Source: an uncultured Thermococci archaeon | GTDB lineage: Archaea; Methanobacteriota_B; Thermococci; Methanofastidiosales; Methanofastidiosaceae | Length of the DNA stretch: 64,000 bases | Assembly (NCBI GenBank): GCA_964500005.1 | Contig: CAZCMP010000004.1 | Location: forward strand, 97,816-161,815 | Direction of reading: 5' to 3' | In this document: positions 38,976 through 49,211 of the stretch, one piece after another | Numbering within the stretch: the first letter of the stretch is position 1 | How the letters are laid out: each line of letters opens with the position of its first letter | Position numbers and translations under genes: made by a program | Notes under the pieces: model-generated | Databases searched by the model: none | Told to the model about the DNA's origin: nothing | The model's input: the letters and a program-made list of their open reading frames with translations, nothing else

Positions 38976-39938
38976 GTGCCTAAAATGATCTCCTTTGATG
39001 AATTGATAAAACGTATGATCTCTGGAGATAGAAGGGCTCTTGGAAAAATAATTACTTTAATCGAAAATGATCCTTCTTCTTCTGCTTATATTATTCCTCC
39101 AATACATAACCTTACTGGAAGGGCCCATATTGTAGGTATTACTGGGCCTCCTGGTTCTGGTAAGAGTAGCGTTGTTGATAAGTTAATATCCAATTATAGA
39201 AATGATGGATTTACGGTTGGAGTTATTGCCATTGACCCTACGAGCCCTTTTACAGGAGGGGCTATACTTGGGGACAGAATAAGAATGAAAAAACACTATA
39301 CTGATAAGGATGTTTTCATTAGGAGTATGGCAACAAGAGGTAATCTTGGTGGGCTTTCTGAGGCTACTGGAAACGCCGTTAAGGCACTTGATGCCTTTGG
39401 TAAAGATGTAATAATAATTGAAACGGTGGGTGCGGGTCAGGTAGAGGTAGATATTGTAAAAGTAGCAGACACTGTAATAGTTATTTCTGTTCCAAGTATG
39501 GGGGACAGTGTTCAAACACTTAAAGCGGGGATTATGGAAATAGGGGACATATTTGCCGTTAATAAGGCAGATATCGAAGGTGTGGAAAAGTGTATTATGG
39601 AAATCAGGATGATGTTAGACCTTTCTGATAAAAAAGAAGAATGGCCCCCACCTATAATAAAAACATTTGGAAATAAAGACGATGGCGCTAATGAACTTTA
39701 TGAAGCTATTAAGGGCCACCATAAATTTTCAGTTGAATCTGGACATCACGAAAAAAGAAGGATAATAAGAGGTAAAACTGAATTAGTTAACATTTTGCAA
39801 AATCTATTTATTAGAAATCTTTACGACACTATAAGTGAAGATGAAATGGAAGAACTTGCTAAAAAGATAGCAAATAGAGAGAAAGATCCTTACATGATTA
39901 TTGAAGAATTAATTCCAAGATTAAAGAGAATTATATGA
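38976..39938 (+). CDS. meaB: Methylmalonyl-CoA mutase-associated GTPase MeaB
   Basis: GPPGSGKS, DPTSPFTGGAILGDRIRM, ETVGAGQ, NKAD. Confidence 0.95.
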   Translation: MPKMISFDELIKRMISGDRRALGKIITLIENDPSSSAYIIPPIHNLTGRAHIVGITGPPGSGKSSVVDKLISNYRNDGFTVGVIAIDPTSPFTGGAILGDRIRMKKHYTDKDVFIRSMATRGNLGGLSEATGNAVKALDAFGKDVIIIETVGAGQVEVDIVKVADTVIVISVPSMGDSVQTLKAGIMEIGDIFAVNKADIEGVEKCIMEIRMMLDLSDKKEEWPPPIIKTFGNKDDGANELYEAIKGHHKFSVESGHHEKRRIIRGKTELVNILQNLFIRNLYDTISEDEMEELAKKIANREKDPYMIIEELIPRLKRII

Positions 39939-39947
39939 GGTGGCATT

Positions 39948-40346
39948 ATGATAAAGAAAATAGACCATATTGGGATAGCTGTGAGCAATTTAGAAGAATC
40001 TTTAAGTTTTTATGAAGGAGCTCTTGGATTAAAAGTAGAAAACATAGAAGAAGTCCCAGAGCAGAAGGTAAAGGTTGGATTTCTTGATATTGGAGGGGTT
40101 CATTTAGAGCTTTTGGAGCCTACATCTCCTGATGGTCCTGTTGCAAAATTCATAGAAAAAAGAGGGGAAGGGATACATCACATCTCGATTTTGGTCGATA
40201 ATATCGAAAATAGTATTGAATCAATCAAAGAAAAAGGGATAAAACTTATCGATGAAACCCCAAGAAAAGGTGCTGGAGACTCTAAAATGGCCTTTATTCA
40301 CCCAAAAAGCGCCCATGGGGTACTATTAGAGCTCTATGAGAAATAG
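39948..40346 (+). CDS. mce: Methylmalonyl-CoA epimerase
   Basis: DHIGIAV, ELLEP, GEGIHH, FIHPKS..GVLLEL. Confidence 0.93.
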   Translation: MIKKIDHIGIAVSNLEESLSFYEGALGLKVENIEEVPEQKVKVGFLDIGGVHLELLEPTSPDGPVAKFIEKRGEGIHHISILVDNIENSIESIKEKGIKLIDETPRKGAGDSKMAFIHPKSAHGVLLELYEK

Positions 40347-40411
40347 GTTTTTAAATAAAAAGATATATATACTGTATATTGGCATTTTATTAATACAATA
40401 GGAGGGGTTAA

Positions 40412-41524
40412 ATGGGCCTTTTTGGTGGTAGTGACGAAAAAGATGAAAAAATAAATATACTCACGCAAAATATAGAAGAAATTGAAAAGGAAAACAGGGC
40501 TCTCAAGATGCAACTTAAGGTTTACGAAGAAGAATACGAGAACATAGAAATCATCAAAGAAAAATTCGAGAAGATTACGAGAGAGAACCAAGATTTTGTC
40601 AATAAATTAAGAGAAGCTGAAGACAAATACAAAGAAGTCGAAGAAAGAACCCACGATGTCATAACGGAAATAAGCGAAGAAAGAGACAAGTACAAATCTG
40701 AACTTAACAACGAAAGATCCAAGGAAATCATTGAAATAAGACAAAAAGAAGAGCTAATCGAAGATGTTCAAAGAGAGTTAGAAAGGGTAAAAGCAATTAA
40801 TGAAGAACTTAACAGACAAATGGAAGAAACAGAGAGAGGGAAAGTTATAGTACTTGACGCTTTTGAAAAGGACATTGAAATAAGCGAAGGCGTGATTGTA
40901 AAAGGTGGATTAAAAACTAAAGAGAACGTAAAAATCGAAAACGATGCTTTAATTAAAGGGGATATAATCGCCGGAAAGAATGTTACACTCGGAGACAGAA
41001 CAACTGTTCAAGGGGCTGTAAAGTGTGATGGATCCTTAGTAATGGGAGAAGAAGCCGAAATCAGAGAAGAGATTTTCGCAGGCAATGCATTTATTTCAAA
41101 TGGTAGCATTATCCCTATTTCAATAAAGACTACCGGGGATATTAAAGGTGGAGAAAGAATAAGAGTTGGTGGCGAATTTATTTCTGGCGGTGACGTTTTC
41201 TTAGGTAGTGAAACTGTAATAAAAACAAAACTTGAAGCAAATGGAAATGTTTCAATTGGCGAGAACAGCAAAATAATGAAGGATTTGATTGCAGGTGGAG
41301 ATGTTATATTATGCGCCAATAGCGATGCAAAGACAATCAAAGCAAGAGGAAATGTTACAATCGGCCACAATTGCAACGTTAGTAAAGTTCTTTCAGATGG
41401 CTCAGTAAACTTAATGGATGGTGCCCACATCAGTGAAGGAATTGAATATAGGGGTTCAATAAAAATTGGTGGCGGTGTAACACTAGAAGGAACTATAAGA
41501 ACTAAGGATAGAGGAGAAATTTAA
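40412..41524 (+). CDS. Coiled-coil + bactofilin-like (polymer-forming) beta-helix protein
   Basis: Charged heptad region aa ~10-140, then ~17-aa repeats of I-x-G-x-I/V-x-A-x-G-x-V-x-I-G. Confidence 0.65.
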   Translation: MGLFGGSDEKDEKINILTQNIEEIEKENRALKMQLKVYEEEYENIEIIKEKFEKITRENQDFVNKLREAEDKYKEVEERTHDVITEISEERDKYKSELNNERSKEIIEIRQKEELIEDVQRELERVKAINEELNRQMEETERGKVIVLDAFEKDIEISEGVIVKGGLKTKENVKIENDALIKGDIIAGKNVTLGDRTTVQGAVKCDGSLVMGEEAEIREEIFAGNAFISNGSIIPISIKTTGDIKGGERIRVGGEFISGGDVFLGSETVIKTKLEANGNVSIGENSKIMKDLIAGGDVILCANSDAKTIKARGNVTIGHNCNVSKVLSDGSVNLMDGAHISEGIEYRGSIKIGGGVTLEGTIRTKDRGEI

Positions 41525-41533
41525 AAATTTTTT

Positions 41534-43399
41534 TTATCTATAAATTTCTCTTTTTGTATAGATTACGGCTATACCGCCAATTATTAGGCCTATCAGCAAC
41601 CCGCCGATAAAGTATCCAACATATCTATATGATTTAGTTGATACTAAAGTTTGTGATTTTTCAATTTCTACTTCTTCTGGATTAGATGTTTCCTCTAATG
41701 GATCCAAAAATCTAAGTGCAAATGCTACGCCCTTAGAGTACTTATAAAGGATTATTGCACTTATTCTATCAGATTCTTCAAAGGTGGATGCATACTCATA
41801 GTAGCTTTCTGCCATTATAGGCTCCCCACCATTCTTTCTTGCAAGGTATATTGCACCACTGGCATCTTGTTTTGCCCTCTCAAGTCTTTGTTTTATCACT
41901 TCCTCGCCAGAAGACCACAACTCAATTGAAACGCTAGACCTAACTTTGCTATCAATTGCATCAAATATGGCGGCCGCATATCTTTCATTCTGGTATTCAT
42001 TTTCGGCAGCTTTAAGTAATTCTGAACTTTGAGTAAGTAAATTATTTTGACCTATTAATGTTTGAGCATAAATAAGACTCAATCTTGCATCCTCAATTCT
42101 TTGGCTTGCGGTGTATTTTATTTGAGATTCATCAATTATTGTGTCCCCTTCAGAATTTTCCTTGCTGACTTCCATCCATAATTTTGCTGTCTTTGCCCTT
42201 TCTTGTGCAAAGTTAGCGTAATAAACAGCATCATAATACTTTAGATTATAGAAATTTTTCCAAGCATCGGCTATTAGATTCTCTGCTTCAATCGCCCTTT
42301 TTTCAGATGCTGCAAGGCATTCAAAAGAAGTAATGCCCCTTATATTTGAGGATTCATTTAATATTAGTTCATTTGCTTCTTCAAGCTCTTTTTGTGCAGC
42401 TTCTATTCTAGATTTAACTATATTTGAATCTCTATTTATCATAACATCTATTGAGTCACTAATATAGTTCAACTGTATTTTAGCATTGAATATGTTACTC
42501 ATAGCGCTGTAATATCTTTTTTCAGCAAGATTCTTTTTGGCTGTTTCTATGTTTGAATTTGCCCTTGTCAAAAAATCGGCTAAAGTTTGATATTCTGAGT
42601 ATCCAATGGTTTCAGAATCTAATTTTATTTTTGTAGTGTCATATAGTTTCTCCACGGCAACAAACTCAGAAAGCGCCCTACCCTTGACAAAATCAGTATT
42701 AACGACGATCCTTGAGGGTAGTTGATCTTCCTTTACCCTATATCCAGTAAAATACCATAATGCGTCTACCGCATCGTCAACCTCAATGACTGTGATACCC
42801 CATCTACTCTTTGCATAGTCAATTACGTTAATAGTTTCAATGTTATCTCCTTGAATTATTTGAACAACTGATTGTCCGCTTGGAATAAGAAATACCTTTA
42901 TTCCTTTTGCATTAGCACCCATTATTTTTTCTATTATACCTCCTACAGGGCCTACGGTTCCGTCCGGATTTATCATCCCGGTCATCATTACTCCTGGTTC
43001 AATATCAAGTTGTTTCATTGAAGCCATTGTAGCAATAGTAAGTGCTGCACCTGCAGAAGGCCCTCCAATTACGGGAGAATCTGCCCTAATTGTATAGAAA
43101 TAATCGTATTTTGAATGTTGCACTTTTAATATATCTGAAGCAACTACAGAAGCAAATCTACAAGAAGCCTGGGTGTCAAGTTCAGATAGGGGCCACGTAT
43201 CTACAAATACTCTTCCTGTACCAGGTTTAACTAAAACTGTGGCATCAAAAACAGCGCCCTCAAGTCCTGAGTCTGTCCTTTTAACTGCTGGCACTTTTAT
43301 AGTGATGGATTTCCCATTATCTTCTTGGGATAATAAAACTGGTAAAAAACCAATGAATATGATACTAAGTAAAAAAATAGCCAATATTTTTTTATTCAT
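41534..43399 (-). CDS. Secreted/membrane-anchored archaeal S16 (Lon-like) serine protease
   Basis: IGGPSAG (Ser), GPVGGIIEK (Lys), signal peptide, helical region, C-terminal TM. Confidence 0.88.
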   Translation of the reverse strand: MNKKILAIFLLSIIFIGFLPVLLSQEDNGKSITIKVPAVKRTDSGLEGAVFDATVLVKPGTGRVFVDTWPLSELDTQASCRFASVVASDILKVQHSKYDYFYTIRADSPVIGGPSAGAALTIATMASMKQLDIEPGVMMTGMINPDGTVGPVGGIIEKIMGANAKGIKVFLIPSGQSVVQIIQGDNIETINVIDYAKSRWGITVIEVDDAVDALWYFTGYRVKEDQLPSRIVVNTDFVKGRALSEFVAVEKLYDTTKIKLDSETIGYSEYQTLADFLTRANSNIETAKKNLAEKRYYSAMSNIFNAKIQLNYISDSIDVMINRDSNIVKSRIEAAQKELEEANELILNESSNIRGITSFECLAASEKRAIEAENLIADAWKNFYNLKYYDAVYYANFAQERAKTAKLWMEVSKENSEGDTIIDESQIKYTASQRIEDARLSLIYAQTLIGQNNLLTQSSELLKAAENEYQNERYAAAIFDAIDSKVRSSVSIELWSSGEEVIKQRLERAKQDASGAIYLARKNGGEPIMAESYYEYASTFEESDRISAIILYKYSKGVAFALRFLDPLEETSNPEEVEIEKSQTLVSTKSYRYVGYFIGGLLIGLIIGGIAVIYTKREIYR

Positions 43400-43407
43400 C
43401 AAAACAC

Positions 43408-43944
43408 CTAAATAGTTTCTAAAAGTTTTTGTATTTTGCTATAACAAGCCTCAAGTTTTTTCCAAGCGTTGTCCATGTCTGCTTTCTCTATATTGGGGTT
43501 TTGGATATTATCAAAATAAAATCTTGTTAAATCCCGATACATCTGACTAATCTTGAAATATTCATGGGATTTGGCATCCACCAAAACTTTACTCAAGTTG
43601 TCTATTTCTATGATAAAGTCTGCCCAGGTATTAATTTTTCTTCTCTCTTGAATTTTTGGGGGTTCAACTACGGGAGGAATTTCGCCTACAGGCTCTGGAA
43701 CATATTTTTGTGGTTCCATATAAGCCTGTTTTGGTATCTCCTCTATTTTTACCTCTGGCTCAGTTGTCTTTTTTGTGGAGAAGATAGATACTTTTTCTGG
43801 AATAGTTACCCCAGGTATCCCAGATCTACTCTTCTTTTTCTGGGAAACTAACCTAACGAGGAAAACTAGCAATACAAATAATACAATTAGAACTAAAAAT
43901 ATTACAATCCAGTACTGGGCTAGTAGTGTTTCTATAGAAGCCAT
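43408..43944 (-). CDS. Hypothetical bitopic membrane protein
   Basis: N-terminal TM, Pro/Glu-rich linker, helical C-terminal domain. Confidence 0.7.
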   Translation of the reverse strand: MASIETLLAQYWIVIFLVLIVLFVLLVFLVRLVSQKKKSRSGIPGVTIPEKVSIFSTKKTTEPEVKIEEIPKQAYMEPQKYVPEPVGEIPPVVEPPKIQERRKINTWADFIIEIDNLSKVLVDAKSHEYFKISQMYRDLTRFYFDNIQNPNIEKADMDNAWKKLEACYSKIQKLLETI

Positions 43945-44128
43945 TGATAAAATGAGTGCAAAATTACTTATAACTTTTTCTATAAATTAAATAGTTAACA
44001 GATAACAAATTAAGAAGATGATTACCGAAATCTTTAAATAGTTTTTTACATTATTATTTTTTAATATAATTAAAAGTTATGTAAAAAGATGGTAATCTTT
44101 AATAAATAAATGTAATAATGGGGTACTT

Positions 44129-45460
44129 ATGTTTAGAATAGATGTTTCTTCCTCATATGAGAGATTTGGATTGGAGAAAAACCCTTTTACAGATCTATCC
44201 TCTGAGGCGATAAGGGATATCGAAAAGATTCACGTTTCTCAAGAGATAGACTCCCGTATAGCCGATATTCTCTCCGATGTCATTGGAGAAAATTCTGGCA
44301 TAGCCCTTGCACTTGTTGGGCCTTTAGGTTCAGGTAAAACACAGAGACTTAAAGGAATCCACAAACTCATACAAGAATCTGGAGGCATGTCAATCTATCA
44401 AAAGATTGACTCAAACGATATCATAAAAGCAACTCTCGACATTTTCTCGTATTTTTCTGAGTATGAAGAAGAGGAGGTTCAGCAGCCTATTGAAGAAATG
44501 GTTTCTGTGGAAGATTCTGAACTGGAAGGGCAAGCCTATGAACAGCCTTACCCAGAACAAAAACTTTCATTTTTCGATAAAATAAAAAGATTTTTCTCAG
44601 GAGAGCCAAAGTTTGTACCTGTTGTTGAAGAATACGAAGATATTGAACTCACAAGAGCAAACTATAATTCTCAGGATATTGGAAATCAATTGATTGACTA
44701 CCTTGGGGAATATAAGAGATCTGCCCTCATAATTGATGAAATGGAGAATATTTTATCAGCTTCAAATACAGACCTTATTCTTTTCTTTGAATTCTTGAGA
44801 GAATTTATCAGCAACATGCCTGAATCAAGCGTTTTTATAATGGCCTGCACTAACAATGCTTACGACAAGATAAAAGAAATCAATCCTGCATTTACGGCAA
44901 GATTACATAACGAATTGTTCTCTGAACCCCTTTCAGACGAGAGGGCCATAAAACTTGTTCAAAAAAGGCTTGAATACACCAGAAAAAAATCTATAGTAAA
45001 TCCGCTTTACCCATTTGAAGAAAGTGCCATAATTCTTGCAAATAGCATGTCAAAGGGAAATCCAAGAGAACTACTTAAGCTCCTTCACACTACTTTGTTT
45101 ACTGCTACAAGGGACAACTTTGTAGAGTTTATAGATGACAGATATGTTGCAAAAGTTTTGACTGGACCATCATCAGTTGAAGAATACATAAGGAGAGTTC
45201 CTTCAGATTTAAGGGAAGACGTCAGGATAATTATTGAAAAGTATGGCGGTGGGCCTGTAACATATATCCAACTTGCAAAGGACACTCAAGAGCCCGTGAC
45301 AAAGCAGTATACCAAACTGGAAGAGTTAGTTGCTATGGGTATTCTGACAAGTTCAAAAGGAAAATACCAAATAAATAGCTCGGTCATCCAGATGGTTAGA
45401 GCTTCTATAAGAAAAGAAAGTGAAAAGCCGAAAGAAGGAAAAAGGGATACAAAAAAGTAA
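44129..45460 (+). CDS. AAA+ ATPase with C-terminal wHTH-like region
   Basis: Walker A GPLGSGKT, Walker B LIIDE, ARL, GNPRE. Confidence 0.8.
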   Translation: MFRIDVSSSYERFGLEKNPFTDLSSEAIRDIEKIHVSQEIDSRIADILSDVIGENSGIALALVGPLGSGKTQRLKGIHKLIQESGGMSIYQKIDSNDIIKATLDIFSYFSEYEEEEVQQPIEEMVSVEDSELEGQAYEQPYPEQKLSFFDKIKRFFSGEPKFVPVVEEYEDIELTRANYNSQDIGNQLIDYLGEYKRSALIIDEMENILSASNTDLILFFEFLREFISNMPESSVFIMACTNNAYDKIKEINPAFTARLHNELFSEPLSDERAIKLVQKRLEYTRKKSIVNPLYPFEESAIILANSMSKGNPRELLKLLHTTLFTATRDNFVEFIDDRYVAKVLTGPSSVEEYIRRVPSDLREDVRIIIEKYGGGPVTYIQLAKDTQEPVTKQYTKLEELVAMGILTSSKGKYQINSSVIQMVRASIRKESEKPKEGKRDTKK

Positions 45461-45461
45461 A

Positions 45462-46640
45462 TTATTGTTTCTTTAGAAGTTCTATAAAGTCACTTCCGTT
45501 GATTAGGCCAAATCTACCTTTCTTTCCTTCTTTTTCAGTGTAAAAAGATGTTTTATCCTTCTTAATTTTTTTTGAGAATACTGCAAATGGCACTGGGTCT
45601 GACACATGTGTCCTTATTTTAATAGGTGTTGGGTGGTCAGCCACTATGCTTATATTGTAATCAAATCCTTTGCCATCTAGTTTATTCAAAAGCCTTCCAA
45701 CAACTCTTTTGTCAAGATCTTCAATTGCTTTGATCTTCATCTCAAGGTTCCCAGAATGACCTGCTTCATCAGGCGCTTCTACATGAATATAAATGAAGTC
45801 AATGTCCTCTAGAGCTTTTACAGCGTAATCTGCCTTTCCTTCGTAGTTTGTATCAATGAATCCTGTTGCTCCTGGAACATTGATGACCTTCATTTTTGCT
45901 CCGTATCCTATCCCTTTTATCAAATCAACAGCAGAGATTACTCCTCCCTTCATCCCAAACTTCTCAAAGAATGGCTCCATTGGGACTTTTCTCCCTTGTC
46001 CCCATAACCATATCATGTTTCCAGGATTTTTACCTTCAGAGATTCTTTTTTTATTGACAGGATGATCCATTAGCACTTTCTTTGAATCGAGCATCATCTT
46101 ATTCAATATCTCTGAATTTTTGCCTTTGATGAGGTTATCAGATACCTTTTGCCCAACTACATCGTGTGGCGGTGTACAGGAAAAACTATTCTCTCCGTTG
46201 TATACAAATAGATGCCTATAGCTTACCCCACGATAGAATTTCCCTATGTCAAATGATTCAGAAACTTTTTGTATGAGTTCTGCTGATTCCGGTGTGGTAA
46301 TGTGGCCTGAAGAATAATCCTTTATAATACCCTTTTCTTCAGTTATGATGTTGCATCTAAATGCGATATCGCCTTCTGCTAGGTCAACACCAATACTGTA
46401 GGCCTCTAAAGGTCCTCTGCCAGTATAATATTTTTTGGGATCATACCCTAAGATAGAAAGGTTTGCAACATCAGATCCAGCTTCAAATCCATCGGGCACT
46501 GTTTTCAACTCGCCCATGGCACCTTCCTTGGCAATCATGTTTATGTTTGGGATATTGGAAAGCTCAAGAACTGTTTTGTTCCCCTTATCCTCTAATGGAT
46601 AGTCAGCCATTCCGTCTCCACATACCACTATGTATTTCAT
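45462..46640 (-). CDS. apgM: Cofactor-independent phosphoglycerate mutase (archaeal)
   Basis: GDGMAD, GSDVANL, EAPDEAGH, ADHPTP..TH. Confidence 0.95.
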   Translation of the reverse strand: MKYIVVCGDGMADYPLEDKGNKTVLELSNIPNINMIAKEGAMGELKTVPDGFEAGSDVANLSILGYDPKKYYTGRGPLEAYSIGVDLAEGDIAFRCNIITEEKGIIKDYSSGHITTPESAELIQKVSESFDIGKFYRGVSYRHLFVYNGENSFSCTPPHDVVGQKVSDNLIKGKNSEILNKMMLDSKKVLMDHPVNKKRISEGKNPGNMIWLWGQGRKVPMEPFFEKFGMKGGVISAVDLIKGIGYGAKMKVINVPGATGFIDTNYEGKADYAVKALEDIDFIYIHVEAPDEAGHSGNLEMKIKAIEDLDKRVVGRLLNKLDGKGFDYNISIVADHPTPIKIRTHVSDPVPFAVFSKKIKKDKTSFYTEKEGKKGRFGLINGSDFIELLKKQ

Positions 46641-46672
46641 GTCACAAATGAATATAGATTGTTTAAAAGGTT

Positions 46673-47755
46673 TTAGAAATTTCTAAGATATGCTTTTAGA
46701 AAAATAGGTAAAAATGCAAATACTTTAGGATCTTTTAATAATGAAAGAATAGTCTTGGAATGCTCGTCAAAACTTCCATGTTGGGCAAGTATTTGTTTTT
46801 TTGATTTTATAAAATCAAATATACTGCCAAGCTCTTTGTCTGTCAGATTCTCATATGTTTTTCTAAAGAGTAATCCCCTAGATATCTCCTTCCCAAATAA
46901 TTCTTTACACATTAGAGGGTAATCATTGTATTTTCCATGGATTATTGAATTAGCAAGAGCCTCTGAAGCCAAAGCACCGTAATAGACGCCTCCACCTGAC
47001 AAAGGCTTTACCTGGCATGCCGCATCGCCCAAAAGAAAGACTCTATCTCTATAGATATCCCCTTTGCCTATCGGGATTACCCCCGCTTGGGCTTCAATCG
47101 TTTTTCCTTTGATGCCTTTTTCCTTCAAGAACATCTCAAGGGATTGTTTAGGGTTTTCTGAAACTGTCCCTATCCTAAATATTCCATCGCCCTCAGGTAT
47201 TACCCATGTGAAGAATGGTTTTTTGATGTGGACTTCAACAAAATTATCTAAATCAAGATTCGCTTTAGTTCTAATCTGATACCCTTTATAGTGCTTTATA
47301 TTGAATTGAAACTCTTGGGACCTAACTCTAGATGATGGGCCATCTGCCCCTATGAGTAAATCGGTGCCAAATTTTCTCTTGTTTGTTTTTATTATGATAT
47401 TATTCTTTGTTCTATCGAAAGAATCAAATCTTTCAGACAAGGAAACTTCAAGCCCTCTTGAAAGGGATTTGTCAAATGAGGCCCTGTCGACAACAAATGA
47501 TACCCCCTTTCTTTTTAGTTCAAAAGATTCATTCCCTAAAAATACCTTTGCACCGTCAATCCTATTTTTAATTGAATCCTTAAAGTCAAATTCTTTGAAA
47601 TGATCAAAAAAATCCCTGCCTATAAGCCCTGAGCATGAAACAGGGTTGCCTATGGAGCTATGTTCTTCAATAATTTTGACTTTATATCCGCCTTTAGTTA
47701 GGTACTGGGAAGCTAAAAGTCCTGCTGGGCCGGCACCGATTACAGTTATTTCCAC
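46673..47755 (-). CDS. Geranylgeranyl reductase family FAD oxidoreductase
   Basis: GAGPAG, CSG, GADG, WVIPEG, GDAACQVKPLSGGG. Confidence 0.88.
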   Translation of the reverse strand: MEITVIGAGPAGLLASQYLTKGGYKVKIIEEHSSIGNPVSCSGLIGRDFFDHFKEFDFKDSIKNRIDGAKVFLGNESFELKRKGVSFVVDRASFDKSLSRGLEVSLSERFDSFDRTKNNIIIKTNKRKFGTDLLIGADGPSSRVRSQEFQFNIKHYKGYQIRTKANLDLDNFVEVHIKKPFFTWVIPEGDGIFRIGTVSENPKQSLEMFLKEKGIKGKTIEAQAGVIPIGKGDIYRDRVFLLGDAACQVKPLSGGGVYYGALASEALANSIIHGKYNDYPLMCKELFGKEISRGLLFRKTYENLTDKELGSIFDFIKSKKQILAQHGSFDEHSKTILSLLKDPKVFAFLPIFLKAYLRNF

Positions 47756-47824
47756 AAAAAGAGATGAATTTACTACTTTATAAATAGTTACTAATATTTC
47801 TATAAAAGAAAAATAAAATTTAAA

Positions 47825-48178
47825 TTAAACTTTAGTCCATTTTAACTCAGACATCTTTGAAGAGTCTGAATTCTTTACTTTTGCAGAGAAGTAGTAACTT
47901 GTAGGACAAATATTACATGCCTCACAAACTGCATTTCCAGACTCCACTTTCTTGACTTCAGAAAGCTCTATTTTGTAAACATTGCTATAGTATGCAATTA
48001 TGAGTTCACTATCTGTTGGCTCTTTGATAAACTGAATATTTCCTTCAGCATACCACTTTTCCCAAGGTGTCTCTTCGCACTGCATAGGCTGAAACTTCAT
48101 CGTTATTGGCGCATTACTTGTACATCCTAAGGAGAGAATTAACAACAACAAAGGGATAGCTAATAGGAACTTCTTCAT
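47825..48178 (-). CDS. Hypothetical lipoprotein
   Basis: Lipobox LSLGC; CEACNIC motif. Confidence 0.75.
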   Translation of the reverse strand: MKKFLLAIPLLLLILSLGCTSNAPITMKFQPMQCEETPWEKWYAEGNIQFIKEPTDSELIIAYYSNVYKIELSEVKKVESGNAVCEACNICPTSYYFSAKVKNSDSSKMSELKWTKV

Positions 48179-48251
48179 ATATTCACCAGAATAAATAGGG
48201 TCGATTTAATATTTAAATGATTCGGAGTAAAAAAGAGAAAATATAAAAAAA

Positions 48252-49211
48252 TTAATTTTTCCTCTTGTATAGCATTGCTCCCAGTGCTACTGCTATTATT
48301 AAGAATACTGCAGTCAAACCCTGGAATATTACCAATTGATTTGAAATTGAGGATATCTCTGATTTGAGCTCGGAAATTTCTTTTGATTCAGTTTGAATCT
48401 CCTTAATTGAGCTAAATATCTGGTCTGCATTGTATTGAATCATTTCTGCTATTGTATCTGTTCCGGGGATAGCTTCTGGGAAATTTGAGAAAACAACATG
48501 TCTTCCTCCAATCTCTTCAGCCATTTGAGCGCCGAGGGTAGTTCCACTCTGAAGATTATCTATAACAAATGATACGCCGTCTTCCTTTCCTTTTACAACA
48601 AGGTTCTGGACAGTCTGTACAGATAGTGTTTCAGGCGGCTGGTATGCTTCAACTACCTGAAGACCAATCCATTCTGAAAAAGGTTTCTGCCATGCCATCA
48701 CAATTGCTTTGTAATCTGAGATTCCAAGCTCATTTGCCTCAGCCAATATTTTCTCATTTAACTCGTCTAGCTCTTTTGAAACATCGGCAGCATTTTTTTC
48801 ATAGTAAGATTTGTTCTTTGGATCAATTTCAATCAACGCATCCTTAATTGAATTGATCTTTGCTTTGGCAAGAGGTGGTGTTCCCCACGGCCCTTGAAGC
48901 AAGAGTTTTTTTACATCCTTATTTTCAGAAGCACTTACCATATTATCAAGCCAAGGCTCAACTCCATGGTATACTACAAGTGATGCGGTATTTATTTCAG
49001 ATACTACGCTAGGCCTTACATCAAAATGATCAGGGCATATACCTGGCTGTACCAAAGAGATGGCATCTACTTTATCCCCGCCGACTTCTTCTACAAAATA
49101 TTTCATCGTAGTTGTGGTGCAGATTACTTTTATTTTTTCTGCAGAGGAGAATGTAGGCATTGAGGATAAAACCAGTGCTAAAATAAAAACGGATACTATT
49201 ATTTTCTTTAT
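48252..49211 (-). CDS. ZnuA/TroA-like solute-binding protein with C-terminal anchor; likely ATA start at 49211 (first ATG 49160)
   Basis: KVICTTT...EEVGGDKV...PDHFDVRP..A.LVVYHG; LIEIDP.N..YY.N; C-terminal TM + KRKN. Confidence 0.8.
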   Translation of the reverse strand: MKKIIVSVFILALVLSSMPTFSSAEKIKVICTTTTMKYFVEEVGGDKVDAISLVQPGICPDHFDVRPSVVSEINTASLVVYHGVEPWLDNMVSASENKDVKKLLLQGPWGTPPLAKAKINSIKDALIEIDPKNKSYYEKNAADVSKELDELNEKILAEANELGISDYKAIVMAWQKPFSEWIGLQVVEAYQPPETLSVQTVQNLVVKGKEDGVSFVIDNLQSGTTLGAQMAEEIGGRHVVFSNFPEAIPGTDTIAEMIQYNADQIFSSIKEIQTESKEISELKSEISSISNQLVIFQGLTAVFLIIAVALGAMLYKRKN

